The notes: generated from the sequence alone by a model not told the origin. Positions 19,776 through 29,972 are shown, counted from the stretch's first letter. The stretch: 64,000 nt of DNA from an uncultured Fibrobacterota bacterium (GCA_963753345.1 CAVWBU010000032.1:128001-192000); one strand, 5' to 3'. Program-made: numbers and translations.

Positions 19776-20717
19776 ATGATCGTCTTTCTTTTTCCCGGAC
19801 AGGGATCTCAGGAAATCGGCATGGGGAGCGACCTTTTCAAAGGCGACTCCCATTTCCGCTCGCTCGTGACGCTCGGCAGCGACCTCACCCGCGAGGACCT
19901 CGAAAAGCTGTGCCTGCGCGGGCCGGAAAAACGGCTGCGGCGGGCGCAGTTCCTCCAGCCGCTCCTGACCGCGGTGTCCCTCGGTTACCTCCGGCACGTG
20001 CGCGAGCGGGGAATAACTCCCCATGCCGTGCTCGGCCATTCGCTGGGCGAAATAACGTCGCTTGCCGCAAGCGGCGTCATATCGGACGAGGAAGCGGTTG
20101 TGATGGCGGCAAAACGGGGCGAATTCATGGACGAGGCCGCGGCCCGCTGCAACGGCGGCATGATGGCCGTGCTGTTCACTCCTCTTGACAAAGTGAATGA
20201 GATTCTCTCGGCAATGGACAGGCCCCGCGACATCGTGCTTGCAAACGACAACGCGCCGGATCAGATCGTGGTGTCGGGAGATATGGGGGCGCTGGAGGAG
20301 TTTTCGCGGCTGCTTCATGCCGCGGGCGTCGGCAAGACCAAGTCGATCCTTGTCGCAGGGCCGTGGCACAGCCCGTTCATGGAAAGCGCGAGGGAGGAAT
20401 TCGGCAGGTGGGTCGCGCCCGTTTCCTTCAAGGCGCCCCGTGAGCCGCTCATGCTCAATGCGGCGGGCGCGTTTGTGACCGATCCGGTGGTCATCAAGGA
20501 CCTGGTCACGCGCCAGCTCGTGAGTCCCGTGTTCTGGCGCGCGTGCATGGAGTCGCTCCGTGTGATGAAAGCGGATGTCTTCCTTGAGATCGGCCCCCAG
20601 CGGGTGCTGTCGGGCCTTGTGCGGGTGAACGGATATCCGAAAACCACCAGAGTCTATAATGTCAACAACCTTACCGGCCTCAACCGCGCGGCGCACGACC
20701 TTGCCTTGGCGTCCTGA
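19776..20717 (+). CDS. fabD: Malonyl-CoA:ACP transacylase-like
   Basis: FPGQGSQ, GHSLGE, N.PDQ.VVSG, WHS, EIGP. Confidence 0.85.
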   Translation: MIVFLFPGQGSQEIGMGSDLFKGDSHFRSLVTLGSDLTREDLEKLCLRGPEKRLRRAQFLQPLLTAVSLGYLRHVRERGITPHAVLGHSLGEITSLAASGVISDEEAVVMAAKRGEFMDEAAARCNGGMMAVLFTPLDKVNEILSAMDRPRDIVLANDNAPDQIVVSGDMGALEEFSRLLHAAGVGKTKSILVAGPWHSPFMESAREEFGRWVAPVSFKAPREPLMLNAAGAFVTDPVVIKDLVTRQLVSPVFWRACMESLRVMKADVFLEIGPQRVLSGLVRVNGYPKTTRVYNVNNLTGLNRAAHDLALAS

Positions 20718-20731
20718 CGGCGCGGGAACCT

Positions 20732-21097
20732 ATGTCTTCCAAAAAGGACCTCATCCGCGAGTACAAGCAGCGCATTGCTCCGATGGGAGTGTTCCGCGTG
20801 ACCAATTCCGCGAACGGAAAAATCCTCGTCGGCAGTTCAAAAAGCCTCGACACCAAATTCAACAGCATCCTCTTCCAGCTTAGAATCGGCAGGTTCCCCA
20901 ATCCCGCGCTCCAGGCCGACTTCGAAACGTGCGGGGAAGCGGCTTTTTCATACGAGATTGTCGATACGCTTGAACCAAAAGACGATCTTCTTTACAACTA
21001 CGATGATGACCTGAAAACACTTGAGGAACTATGGCTTGATAAGTTGAGGCCGTATGATGAAAAAGGATACAATAGTGAGAAGCTGCGGAAGTTGTAG
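20732..21097 (+). CDS. Small GIY-YIG-like protein
   Basis: GVFRVTN...GKILVGSS, F.N..LQ.DF...GE..F.YEI pattern. Confidence 0.7.
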   Translation: MSSKKDLIREYKQRIAPMGVFRVTNSANGKILVGSSKSLDTKFNSILFQLRIGRFPNPALQADFETCGEAAFSYEIVDTLEPKDDLLYNYDDDLKTLEELWLDKLRPYDEKGYNSEKLRKL

Positions 21098-21177
21098 ATT
21101 GATGATTGTGAATTGAAAAACAGCTTAACCGTTTTCTTAGGTTTTTAAATCTACAATCTAAATTCTACATTCTACAA

Positions 21178-22263
21178 TTAAGTGACCGGCGGCGGAAAAT
21201 ACCTGTCGAGCCGCGAAAAAATAAATTTGTCTCCCGCCAGCACGATCTGCTTGCCCATCAGCGCGTCGCGCACGTTGATCTGCCGCATGAACACCCTGGC
21301 CCATACGTCCGCATTGACCGTGACCGTGAGGTCCGGCGAAGGAACTTTCCCTTCCGTAAATGTGCAGGTGCCATGGTCCACGGCAAGGGTAACCGCATAG
21401 TTCTTGTCCGGGAATTCAAACTGGAGCACCGTCTTCAGGCGGGCGGTTGCCAGCGGGTCGACGCTCCTTGCCATCTCCTGCATCAGGATGCGCACGTCCG
21501 ACATCACGTTTTTGCTCAGAAGGTCCAGGTTGTTTGATTGTTCCCCCATGGCAAGCGCATGTTCCCAGTAGATGTTCGAGTACTTGCTGAAATAGGAAAG
21601 GTCGGGCGACAGCGGCGCAGACGCCTTTTGCTGCGTCTCGGACGAGATCGCGCCTGCCGAAGCGAGTTCGTACCCTGCCTTGATAAAGGCGGCCTCAATC
21701 GACTTGACCGTGAGCGGCTTGGCAAGCGTGAATTGCAGCAGGTACGATTCGGGCCTCGTAAGCTCGCCGCAAAGCTCCATGGACATGGCGTTGGCATACA
21801 GGGAGAACATGCTCCTCACTGCGGAGAAATTCTCGTCTCCCTTGAAAGCCCCCACCACGATCGCGGCGATCTTCTTGGGCCATTTTTCGGGGAAGCGGAG
21901 CGCATTGCGCACCGTGCCCAATGGCGACTGCTCGAATTTCGATTGCGTGAGAGGCAGGGTGCGGTCGAGCACGTTTTTGAGGTGGCTGCTCACGGTGAAC
22001 GCGTTGAGCGGCGTGGCGCAGACGACCATCTCCGCGTCGAGGATGTCCTTAAGGATCATTGCCATGTCGTCGCGGATCACGCAGGTCCCCGGCGAGGTGA
22101 CCCAGCAGCCGTAGCAGCCGAGGCACTGCTTTATGTCAAGCGACGGCAGGTCGCGGTCGACCAGGTCTGCGCCTCCCTCGATCGCGCCCTTGACAAAGAG
22201 GTCGGTAAGGCGCCGGGTGAAACCGTTTTTTCTCGGATACGCGCGCAACAGGAGCATTTTCAT
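21178..22263 (-). CDS. Iron-sulfur flavoprotein/flavodoxin-like domain fused to SCP2 lipid-binding domain
   Basis: CLGCYGCWVTSPGTC cluster motif, ATPL; C-terminal LQFEF...PDLTV...G...GD SCP2 pattern. Confidence 0.8.
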   Translation of the reverse strand: MKMLLLRAYPRKNGFTRRLTDLFVKGAIEGGADLVDRDLPSLDIKQCLGCYGCWVTSPGTCVIRDDMAMILKDILDAEMVVCATPLNAFTVSSHLKNVLDRTLPLTQSKFEQSPLGTVRNALRFPEKWPKKIAAIVVGAFKGDENFSAVRSMFSLYANAMSMELCGELTRPESYLLQFTLAKPLTVKSIEAAFIKAGYELASAGAISSETQQKASAPLSPDLSYFSKYSNIYWEHALAMGEQSNNLDLLSKNVMSDVRILMQEMARSVDPLATARLKTVLQFEFPDKNYAVTLAVDHGTCTFTEGKVPSPDLTVTVNADVWARVFMRQINVRDALMGKQIVLAGDKFIFSRLDRYFPPPVT

Positions 22264-22727
22264 GGCGTGCGGTCCATCATTGCAAGCGCCATGGTCCCCC
22301 TGGCCACCGTCTTTCTGCCCACCAACGCCTCAACAGAATAGCTGAACAGGCTGCCGAAACTGGTTTCGCACGTGGACCGGAGCACGAGCGTTTCGCCTGG
22401 AAACGCGGGGCTGACGAATTTCATGCTTGCCGAAGCCAGGAAAAAGATGCGAGGCTCTTTTTCCGGAGCGTCACCCTTCACCTTCCTGGAGAGACCCCAC
22501 AAAAGCCCGCTGGTCTGGGCGAGCGCGTCCGTCACCAGGACGCCGGGCATCACCGGTTTTCCGGGAAAATGGCCGGCGAAGAACGGCTCGTCGCTCCGTA
22601 TGGCGCGCTCGGTCACGATCTCCCGGTCGGGCACGAGCTTTATCACCCGGTCCACAAAAAGGAAGGGCGGGCGATGGGGAAGGATCGCAAGGATGTCTTC
22701 CATGGTGAAATTCGTAGCGCCGGTCAT
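22260..22727 (-). CDS. fabZ: 3-hydroxyacyl-ACP dehydratase, FabZ-like
   Basis: LPHRPPFLFVD, GHFPGKPVMPGVL. Confidence 0.85.
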   Translation of the reverse strand: MTGATNFTMEDILAILPHRPPFLFVDRVIKLVPDREIVTERAIRSDEPFFAGHFPGKPVMPGVLVTDALAQTSGLLWGLSRKVKGDAPEKEPRIFFLASASMKFVSPAFPGETLVLRSTCETSFGSLFSYSVEALVGRKTVARGTMALAMMDRTP

Positions 22728-23545
22728 CGTTCGTCACCGTCCCTGCTGCTGGTTTCCCAGCATGTTCCTTTGTCAAGCTCCTCAAGCTGCTCCGACATCA
22801 GATCGCGCACCCGCCGCGCAAAGTCGGGCGCCGTCTCGGCCGCCTTGCTGCGGCAGGCTTCAAGAAGACGGATCACGTACCTGAATCGATACGGGGGGAA
22901 AATACTCCCTTTGCGGCGCGCCATGAGCGGAAGATCGGAATGGATGACCGCCGGCACAACGGGTGCGCCGGAATCCACGGCTATTTTGAACGGGAAGGTC
23001 CCGAACGGAAGGAGTTTTCCGGTCTTTGCGCGCGTGCCCTCGGGGAACACAAGGAGGTTCTTGCCCGAAGCAAGTATCGCCCTGCATTTTTCCATGGCCG
23101 CGGCAAGCGACGAAAGCGAATCCGGGTCGATGCTCACAAAGTCGAGGTGCTTTACAAATGTTGAAAACAGCGGGACCCCGGCGTAGTTCGACTTGATGAC
23201 CACGCCGCTTTGCGGGAGCATGGAGAGCATGATGAGCGCATCAAGCCTGCTCCGGTGGTTTGCCACCACCACCGACCCGCGCACCGCGCGTGCGCGTCCG
23301 CCCGGCTGTTCCGTAAACGAATACACGCCCAGGCCGGGCAGCCAGATTCTCACGAGAACAAACGCATACGCCTTGAGTACCGAATACATGATCCGCTGCA
23401 TGAGGCGGGGCCAGGGCGCAAGGATCATGAGAAAAGGAATGCCGACAAGGAAAAACATCACCGCGGACAGGAAATACCCGAGATAGCCGATGATGCCGAG
23501 AAAGATTTTGAGAGGGTACCAGGGGGTGATGGGAATATCCTGCAT
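22724..23545 (-). CDS. PlsC-family lysophospholipid acyltransferase
   Basis: NHRSRLD, FPEGTR, N-terminal TM helices. Confidence 0.88.
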   Translation of the reverse strand: MQDIPITPWYPLKIFLGIIGYLGYFLSAVMFFLVGIPFLMILAPWPRLMQRIMYSVLKAYAFVLVRIWLPGLGVYSFTEQPGGRARAVRGSVVVANHRSRLDALIMLSMLPQSGVVIKSNYAGVPLFSTFVKHLDFVSIDPDSLSSLAAAMEKCRAILASGKNLLVFPEGTRAKTGKLLPFGTFPFKIAVDSGAPVVPAVIHSDLPLMARRKGSIFPPYRFRYVIRLLEACRSKAAETAPDFARRVRDLMSEQLEELDKGTCWETSSRDGDER

Positions 23546-23571
23546 AATTACGTCGGGTCTGCAAGCAGCGG

Positions 23572-24117
23572 CTAAAACGGCGTCTTGATCTCACTCAGAA
23601 ACGGAAGTTTCGTGTCCTTGTCCGAAACAACGGGATGTTCCACCGGCCAAGCGACGCCGATGGCGGGATCGTTCCACCTGATGCCCGCGTCGTGGGCCGG
23701 TGAGTAGTATGCGTCAACTTTGTACAGAAACTCCGTGTCCGCCGACAGGGTGCAGTATCCGTGCGCGAATCCCCGGGGGATATAGAGCATCCGTTTATCC
23801 TTCTCGCCCAGCGTGAACCCCAGCCACCTGCCGAAGGTTTTCGATTTTTTCCGCAGGTCCACCACCGCGTCGAAGACTTCGCCGCGCACCACGCGGACGA
23901 GCTTGCTCTGATCAAACGGCGGTCTCTGGAAATGCAGGCCGCGCACCACGCCGGCCGCGAAGGACCGCGCGTGATTGTCCTGAACGAAATTCGAGGCGAG
24001 ACCGTGCGCGTCCAGTTCCCGCGCCGCGAACGATTCCAGAAAGAAGCCGCGGCTGTCCTCGTGGACGATAGGTTCGATGAGCCACACGCCCGGCAGTCCT
24101 GTTTCGGTGAATTTCAT
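23572..24117 (-). CDS. rfbC: dTDP-4-dehydrorhamnose 3,5-epimerase
   Basis: DSRGFF.E, RGLHFQ, IPRGFAHG, WNDP. Confidence 0.95.
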   Translation of the reverse strand: MKFTETGLPGVWLIEPIVHEDSRGFFLESFAARELDAHGLASNFVQDNHARSFAAGVVRGLHFQRPPFDQSKLVRVVRGEVFDAVVDLRKKSKTFGRWLGFTLGEKDKRMLYIPRGFAHGYCTLSADTEFLYKVDAYYSPAHDAGIRWNDPAIGVAWPVEHPVVSDKDTKLPFLSEIKTPF

Positions 24118-24989
24118 CAGCGTTTTCCCGATGCGAGCTGCAGAAGGTAGTCGCCATAGCTGTTCTTCTTCATGGGCTCCGCGAGGCGCGAAAGCTGCTC
24201 CGCGGTGATGTACCCGAGATGGAACGCTATTTCCTCCGGGCACGAGACCTTAAGCCCCTGGCGCGACTGTATGGTCTCAACGAACACCGAGGCCTGCAGC
24301 ATTGACTCGTGGGTGCCGGTGTCGAGCCATGCAACGCCCCTGCCGAGGAGCACCACGTCGAGCTTCCCCTCCTGTAAATAGGTCATATTGAGGTCGGTTA
24401 TTTCGAGTTCGCCGCGCGCAGACGGTGCAAGCCGCGACGCGCGCCGGGCGACCTGGCTGTCGTAAAAGTAAAGTCCGGTCACGGCATACGGAGACACGGG
24501 CCGTTTCGGCTTCTCCACCAGGCCGACGGGTTTTCCTTCGGCGTCAAGCTCGACGACGCCGTACCGTTCCGGGTCGGTCACCCAGTACCCGAAAATGGTC
24601 GCCCTGCCCCTGTCGACCGCGGCTTTGGCAAGCGTGCCCACAAGGCCGTGTCCCCAGAAGATGTTGTCGCCGAGGATGAGCGCCACCGAGTCGCTGCCGA
24701 TAAAATCCTTTCCGATGATGAACGCCTGCGCGATTCCCTCTGGTTTGGGCTGTACCGCATACGAAAGGTTGATGCCCCACTGGCCGCCGTCGCCGAGCAG
24801 GCGCCTGAACGCATCGATGTCCTGCGGCGTACTTATGACGAGGATGTCGCGTATGCCCGCGAGCATGAGAATGGAAAGCGGGTAATACACCATGGGCTTG
24901 TCGTAGATCGGCATGAGCTGCTTGCACACCGCGAGCGTCACGGGATACAGGCGCGTGCCCGAGCCGCCGGCGAGGATGATGCCTTTCAT
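24117..24989 (-). CDS. rfbA: Glucose-1-phosphate thymidylyltransferase
   Basis: [38 protein letters not shown]. Confidence 0.96.
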   Translation of the reverse strand: MKGIILAGGSGTRLYPVTLAVCKQLMPIYDKPMVYYPLSILMLAGIRDILVISTPQDIDAFRRLLGDGGQWGINLSYAVQPKPEGIAQAFIIGKDFIGSDSVALILGDNIFWGHGLVGTLAKAAVDRGRATIFGYWVTDPERYGVVELDAEGKPVGLVEKPKRPVSPYAVTGLYFYDSQVARRASRLAPSARGELEITDLNMTYLQEGKLDVVLLGRGVAWLDTGTHESMLQASVFVETIQSRQGLKVSCPEEIAFHLGYITAEQLSRLAEPMKKNSYGDYLLQLASGKR

Positions 24990-25164
24990 GGCGTCCTTCT
25001 TGTTGCTGGGTTGTTCCTCTGCGAAAATCGAGAGGTGAACGATTTCAGAAAATACAATCTGTCACCCGCTGAATGAAGTTCAAAAGGTCGGCGGGCTGGG
25101 AATGGAAAGGGCCGGAACAATGGTTGTTCCGGCCCCGAGATGCTGTGCGATGCGGACTCTGAGC

Positions 25165-25878
25165 TTAGAAGTAGAACGCCAGGGTGAGAGCGCCGACCGC
25201 TGTGATACCGAAAGTCGTAGTTGCGCCGCCCTTGACTGTGGGGCTGCCGGGTGCGGTGGATTTCTGGTCGTAGGGGGCAGTCACCGAATACCCGAGCCGG
25301 TATTCCGCGCTCAGGCTCAATTCCTTGATAATAAAGAATTCGATGCCGCCGAGCGCGGCGATGTTAAAGTTAAAGCCGCCTACATAGGCTGTGCCGTTAA
25401 TTGTTTGCGGGGCATTTGTTACCGTGTACTGAGGGGTTCCGGTGGGTTCAGCATCTTTTTCCGAAGTCGCCGTTGACACAAACCCCAATGCGCCGCCCAC
25501 GTAAGGGCTCACTCGAGTCTTGAGCAAATGATACTCCGCCCCAACGTTGAGGCCGACACTCCAGGCGTTCATATCGCCGGCTGTCCCGCCGCCGGCAGGA
25601 GCCGGGGTTCCCTGATCGGCAAGTCCGAACAGCAGACTTCCGCGAAGGGCCAAAGGATCCAATATGTAGTACTTGAATCCCGCTCCACCGTTATAAGCAG
25701 TGGCCCCCAGTAGCGACAGTCCGCTGAAAGTAAAGAGCGCTGCCTTCGAGCCCGACTGCACGCACTGGCCCATGTCGTCTGCCGATACAAGAGATGCAGG
25801 AGCAACCAGCGCCAGCACCACCGCACCGCATAGCGCGGTTTTTCGGAATCCACTCAAAACAAGTGAAGAAGACTTCAT
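25165..25878 (-). CDS. Outer-membrane beta-barrel protein
   Basis: Signal peptide, alternating beta-strands, GAEY, C-terminal FYF. Confidence 0.75.
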   Translation of the reverse strand: MKSSSLVLSGFRKTALCGAVVLALVAPASLVSADDMGQCVQSGSKAALFTFSGLSLLGATAYNGGAGFKYYILDPLALRGSLLFGLADQGTPAPAGGGTAGDMNAWSVGLNVGAEYHLLKTRVSPYVGGALGFVSTATSEKDAEPTGTPQYTVTNAPQTINGTAYVGGFNFNIAALGGIEFFIIKELSLSAEYRLGYSVTAPYDQKSTAPGSPTVKGGATTTFGITAVGALTLAFYF

Positions 25879-25985
25879 ACAACACCCCTTTCTTTAATGT
25901 GGAAACCTTTCAACGTCTCTTACGCTGCCAAATCTAAAATATTAAAAGGGAAAGTGATGTCCAACAAAATATCAAAGATTTTCCA

Positions 25986-26402
25986 TCACTCGCCGATTAC
26001 CTGAACAAAAATCTTCCTTCCCCGCGGCCGGTTATCGTGGTCGATGACCACGATCTGCTGCCAGGTTCCGAGAATGAGTTTCCCTTCCGTAAACGGTACG
26101 GAGATTCCCGGGCCCATGAGCGTGGCGCGGAGGTGCGAGAAACCGTTGTCGTCGCCCCAGGTCTCCGAATGGCGGGTCTTAAGACTGCTCGGCACGAGCT
26201 TGTCGAGCCGGTCTTTCATGTCCTGCGCAAGCGCCGGCTCGAATTCAATGGTAGATATGGACGCGGTCGAGCCCACCACAAAGACCGTGGCAATGCCGCT
26301 TTCGATTTCCGATCTTGCAATGATTGACTGGACCTCCGGGGTGATGTTCACGACGTCGGAGAATCCCCGCGTCTGGACGGTAAAACTGTTTCCGAAAACC
26401 AT
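25986..26402 (-). CDS. YjbQ/UPF0047 family protein
   Basis: NITPEV, GSTAS...IEFEP, NG.SHLRA, LGTWQQI..ID.D.RPR. Confidence 0.9.
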   Translation of the reverse strand: MVFGNSFTVQTRGFSDVVNITPEVQSIIARSEIESGIATVFVVGSTASISTIEFEPALAQDMKDRLDKLVPSSLKTRHSETWGDDNGFSHLRATLMGPGISVPFTEGKLILGTWQQIVVIDHDNRPRGRKIFVQVIGE

Positions 26403-26522
26403 GAGGCGGCCTTTCTGTTTGTGAAACCAAAATACATTCGGGACTCGCGACTGCGGATTCGCGCTTCGCGGTCGCATGCATGCGGCAGCCGGACATATTT
26501 TCTGTGTGAGGAGAAACTGCGA

Positions 26523-27455
26523 ATGGCCGGTCTTGACGAACACATAGCTCTGTTCCTTGACTACCTGCTCAAGGAAAAAGGCTTCTCGCCGCTCACGGTC
26601 GGGGCGTATGGCGGCGACCTTGCGCAGTTCCGGACCTTTACAGAGCAGACCTGCACCGGCGCGGGGTTCGAAGACGTCATGAAAAAGGCCGTGATGCGCG
26701 ACTTTATTTACGCACAAGGCGAACAGGGCCTTACGCCGCGCTCGATCGCGCGGAAGGTGGCGGCGCTCAAGTCGTTTTCGAAGTTCTGCGTGAGGCGGCA
26801 TATCCTGTCTGTCAACCCTGCAAAGCTCCTGGCAAGCCCCAAGCTCGACAAGCCGCTTCCTGCCTTTCTCACCGAAAGGCAGGCGCGGGAACTGACGGTC
26901 GCCGGCGCTCCCGGCGGGAAACAGCGCGCTGCAACGGATGTGCTCAGGAGCCGGGCCATCGTCGAGCTTTTATACGGCACCGGGCTTCGCCTTGCAGAAC
27001 TGCACGGCCTCAACGCGGACACCATCGATTACAAGCGCGCCACGGTCCGCGTGCTTGGCAAGGGGAGAAAAGAGCGGGTGGTGCCGGTCACCGATTCGGC
27101 CGTGAATGCAATACGGGAATACTTGAAGACCCGGCCGGGCCTTCCCGGGAACGCGCCGCTTTTCGCAGGCCGCAGGGGAGGCCGCCTTTCCCGCAGGCAG
27201 ATAGAACGCATCGTTGCGCAGGAACTTTCCGCGGTCACCAGTCAGAGGAAACGCAGCCCGCACGTGCTCAGGCATTCGTTCGCCACGCACCTGCTCGACC
27301 GCGGGGCCGACATCCGCGCGGTCAAGGAGCTGCTCGGCCACTCGTCGCTGGCAACCACGCAGATCTACACCCACATGTCAAAGGAACACCTGCTCAAGGT
27401 GTACCGCAGGGCGCACCCGCGCGCCGAGGTTGCGCGTCCTGCCGGGCAAAGCTGA
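26523..27455 (+). CDS. xerC: Tyrosine recombinase XerC
   Basis: LLYGTGLR..EL, GKG.KER.VP, SPHVLRHSFATHLL..GAD, LLGH..L.TTQIYTH, HPRA. Confidence 0.88.
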   Translation: MAGLDEHIALFLDYLLKEKGFSPLTVGAYGGDLAQFRTFTEQTCTGAGFEDVMKKAVMRDFIYAQGEQGLTPRSIARKVAALKSFSKFCVRRHILSVNPAKLLASPKLDKPLPAFLTERQARELTVAGAPGGKQRAATDVLRSRAIVELLYGTGLRLAELHGLNADTIDYKRATVRVLGKGRKERVVPVTDSAVNAIREYLKTRPGLPGNAPLFAGRRGGRLSRRQIERIVAQELSAVTSQRKRSPHVLRHSFATHLLDRGADIRAVKELLGHSSLATTQIYTHMSKEHLLKVYRRAHPRAEVARPAGQS

Positions 27456-27470
27456 CAATTCCTCAACGGA

Positions 27471-27497
27471 AAAAGCCGGAACACTGCTCCGGCTTTT
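27471..27497. terminator. Bidirectional terminator between convergent genes
   Basis: AAAAGCCGGA-acactgc-TCCGGCTTTT. Confidence 0.7.
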
Positions 27498-27516
27498 GTC
27501 AATCTGTTTGCGGTAA

Positions 27517-28017
27517 CTACTCGTCGGAGCCGGGTGGCCCGCCATGCCCGCCGGGAGGACCATGATGCGGCCCGTCTCCATGGTGGTCGCCCTGCATGGG
27601 CGGACGAAGCTCGTTGCTCAGCAGCTTTTCAAACTGTTCCTTGGTGAGAACGGACTTGAGCGCGATCATGTGGTCGGCCATCTGTTCCGCCATCGCCCTG
27701 TGGAGCTCGCCCATTTCCTTTGCATAGCCGTGCAGAACGGTCTTGGAAGGAGAGGGTTTGAGCAGCTCATCCTTGCTTTTGTCAAGGAGCACCTTCATTT
27801 TTTCGAAGTTCTGCTTGCGAAACTCCATCGACTGCTTCCTCATGTCCTTGAGCCTGGCCTTCTGATTTTCGGAAAGGCCGAGCTGCGCCCAGATCCTGTG
27901 GCGTGTCGAATCCCTTGAAAATGAGGCGGAATCCTGCGCGCCTTGCGCGCCCTGCGCGTGCGGCGCGGCGACCATCAGACAGAGAGTCAGTCCACTCAAG
28001 GTCATTGCGAAACGCAT
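27517..28017 (-). CDS. Spy/CpxP-family periplasmic protein with His-rich tail
   Basis: Signal peptide, LGLSENQK and VLTKEQ (LTxxQ) motifs. Confidence 0.8.
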   Translation of the reverse strand: MRFAMTLSGLTLCLMVAAPHAQGAQGAQDSASFSRDSTRHRIWAQLGLSENQKARLKDMRKQSMEFRKQNFEKMKVLLDKSKDELLKPSPSKTVLHGYAKEMGELHRAMAEQMADHMIALKSVLTKEQFEKLLSNELRPPMQGDHHGDGPHHGPPGGHGGPPGSDE

Positions 28018-28033
28018 ACTGCCCTCCACGGTT

Positions 28034-28360
28034 CTATTCCTGATACAAAACCTCTTCGTAATAGCCGTACGAATTCGAGTTTTCGCGGTACACGTCGCTG
28101 TTGATATAGGTGTTGACGCCGTTCAGGTCTTCGGCGATTTCGGCCGAATACGACGCGCGCGACGGCGACAGACGCAGTGCGGTGAACACCGACACCGCGA
28201 TAAGCAGCGACGCCGCCAGACCGAAAACGGTACGTTCCACGGCCCTTCTCCTGTTGATGCGCCGGATAACGGCGCCGTACAGGTTCTCCGGCAGCGGCGG
28301 AATGCTTGCGAGCTGGGCGAGCGCGGCCCGCGGCATCTGGTTCTCAAAATTCTGTTCCAT
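28034..28360 (-). CDS. Putative single-TM anti-sigma factor
   Basis: Between ECF sigma and Spy gene; R-rich patch then TM (AASLLIAV). Confidence 0.65.
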   Translation of the reverse strand: MEQNFENQMPRAALAQLASIPPLPENLYGAVIRRINRRRAVERTVFGLAASLLIAVSVFTALRLSPSRASYSAEIAEDLNGVNTYINSDVYRENSNSYGYYEEVLYQE

Positions 28361-28369
28361 AAAAACCCC

Positions 28370-28897
28370 CTAATTTTCCCCGAACTTCTTCCGTATTTCC
28401 TCCTTGAGCCGAAAGAGCTGCGTACGGAGGCTTCCCGCGCTCTTGCCCGTGATATCGGCCAGTTCTTCAAACGAGAACCCGAGCATTTCGCGGCCGGTGA
28501 GAAGGAAGCGCTCTTCGGCCGTGATGCTCTTGAGTATTTTCTGCATGTCCTCTTTCACGTCTATGCCTTCCGCCGATGATACCGTTGGTCCAGTGTCTTC
28601 GTCAAGTTCCTGCATTTCGTTTACGCGGCTCTGTTTTGAGAGCAGCGTCATGCATGCGTTGAATGTTATCCTGTAAATCCATGTCGATAACGCAGAACCT
28701 CCGCCGAACTTGCGAAGAGAGTTATAGACCCTTATGAACGTCTCCTGAACCGCCTCCTGCGCCGCCCCGGAATCGCCGTGAAGCGTCCGGTAAGCTATTT
28801 TCCATGAAAACGGCGCGTAATAGTCGTACAGCGCCCTAAATGATGCCCGATCTCCTTTTCTCGCGCGCTGTACCGTGAGATCGTCCAGTTCATTCAT
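28370..28897 (-). CDS. ECF RNA polymerase sigma factor
   Basis: A.EAVQETFI, STWIYRI..N, FSFEELA.I, RTQLFR. Confidence 0.92.
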   Translation of the reverse strand: MNELDDLTVQRARKGDRASFRALYDYYAPFSWKIAYRTLHGDSGAAQEAVQETFIRVYNSLRKFGGGSALSTWIYRITFNACMTLLSKQSRVNEMQELDEDTGPTVSSAEGIDVKEDMQKILKSITAEERFLLTGREMLGFSFEELADITGKSAGSLRTQLFRLKEEIRKKFGEN

Positions 28898-28910
28898 TCT
28901 TTCAACCTAT

Positions 28911-28939
28911 TTGACATCAAAAAATGATTCAATGTTACA
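28911..28939 (-). promoter_or_regulatory. Candidate autoregulatory ECF promoter
   Basis: Minus strand TGTAAC-N17-TGTCAA about 14 nt upstream of the sigma gene start. Confidence 0.5.
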
Positions 28940-29029
28940 GAGGGGTAAACTTATTTTACCCCGTACATAAGGATGCTAAAACATACGTTGTGCAGCGGCC
29001 GCATTCAAAGAATTTGAAAGGGGCATACG

Positions 29030-29488
29030 GTGCAAAATCAAGGCAATGCGATCATCGTGGCCTCGGACCACGCAGGGTTCAAGCTCAAGGAGTTTGTCAA
29101 GCGTGAACTGGGGAACCGGTCGATTCCGGTCGAAGACGTCGGGGTGTTCAGCGAGGAGCGGAGCGATTACCCGATATTCATTGCTAGGGCGGCCTCAAAA
29201 GTATCCAGCGGCGCTTTCCGCCGGGGCATCGTCCTGTGCGGGTCGGGGATCGGCGCGTCCATTGTGGCCAACCGGTTCAAGAACGTGCGCGCCGCGCTGT
29301 GCGTGACTCCGGAAATGGCGGAAATGTCCCGCCGGCATAATGACAGCAATGTTCTCGCAATGGGCGAGAGAATCACCCCGCCCGAAACCGCCGCGAAGAT
29401 ACTTTCCGTGTGGCTCGACACGCCGTTTGACGGCGGCCGCCACGAGACACGGGTGCGTCAGATCGACACGGTTGTCGGAACGCAATAA
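29030..29488 (+). CDS. rpiB: Ribose 5-phosphate isomerase B
   Basis: SDHAG, DYP, CGSGIG, RRHNDSN, FDGGRH. Confidence 0.95.
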   Translation: MQNQGNAIIVASDHAGFKLKEFVKRELGNRSIPVEDVGVFSEERSDYPIFIARAASKVSSGAFRRGIVLCGSGIGASIVANRFKNVRAALCVTPEMAEMSRRHNDSNVLAMGERITPPETAAKILSVWLDTPFDGGRHETRVRQIDTVVGTQ

Positions 29489-29496
29489 CGCAGGAG

Positions 29497-29961
29497 ATGC
29501 CGATGACGGCCAGGAAAACGCGCGCCCGCAGGCGCACGCGCGCCCCGTGGGACGAGTACTTCATGAAGATCGCGCAGCAGGTGGCCACGCGCTCGACCTG
29601 CGACCGCAAGAACGTGGGCGCGGTGATCGTGCGCGACAAGACCATCCTTTCGACCGGGTACAACGGCAGCGTGCGCGGTATGCCGCACTGCGACGACGTG
29701 GGCCACACCATGGAAAACGGCCACTGCATCGCCACGGTGCACGCCGAAGCCAATGCGATCATCCAGGCCGCCAAGAACGGCGTGGCGCTTGACGGAGCGG
29801 ACATCTACATAACGGCGTCGCCGTGCTGGCACTGCTTCAAGCTCATCGCCAACAGCGGGATAAAGAGGATTTTCTACCTCGAATTCTACCGCGACAATCA
29901 CGTCATTGAAGTAGCGGGACAGGCGGGAATAGAGTTAAGGCAAGTAGTAATTAATTCTTGA
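29497..29961 (+). CDS. dCMP deaminase / ComEB family
   Basis: WDEYFM, RSTC, TGYNG, HAEANA, PCWHC. Confidence 0.92.
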   Translation: MPMTARKTRARRRTRAPWDEYFMKIAQQVATRSTCDRKNVGAVIVRDKTILSTGYNGSVRGMPHCDDVGHTMENGHCIATVHAEANAIIQAAKNGVALDGADIYITASPCWHCFKLIANSGIKRIFYLEFYRDNHVIEVAGQAGIELRQVVINS

Positions 29962-29972
29962 ACCAATAATCT

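Noticed and set aside
26523-27455. Tyrosine recombinase as mobiliser of the repeats or as an integron integrase
   Set aside because: Size and motifs match housekeeping XerC; no IntI-specific insertion; no adjacent repeats.
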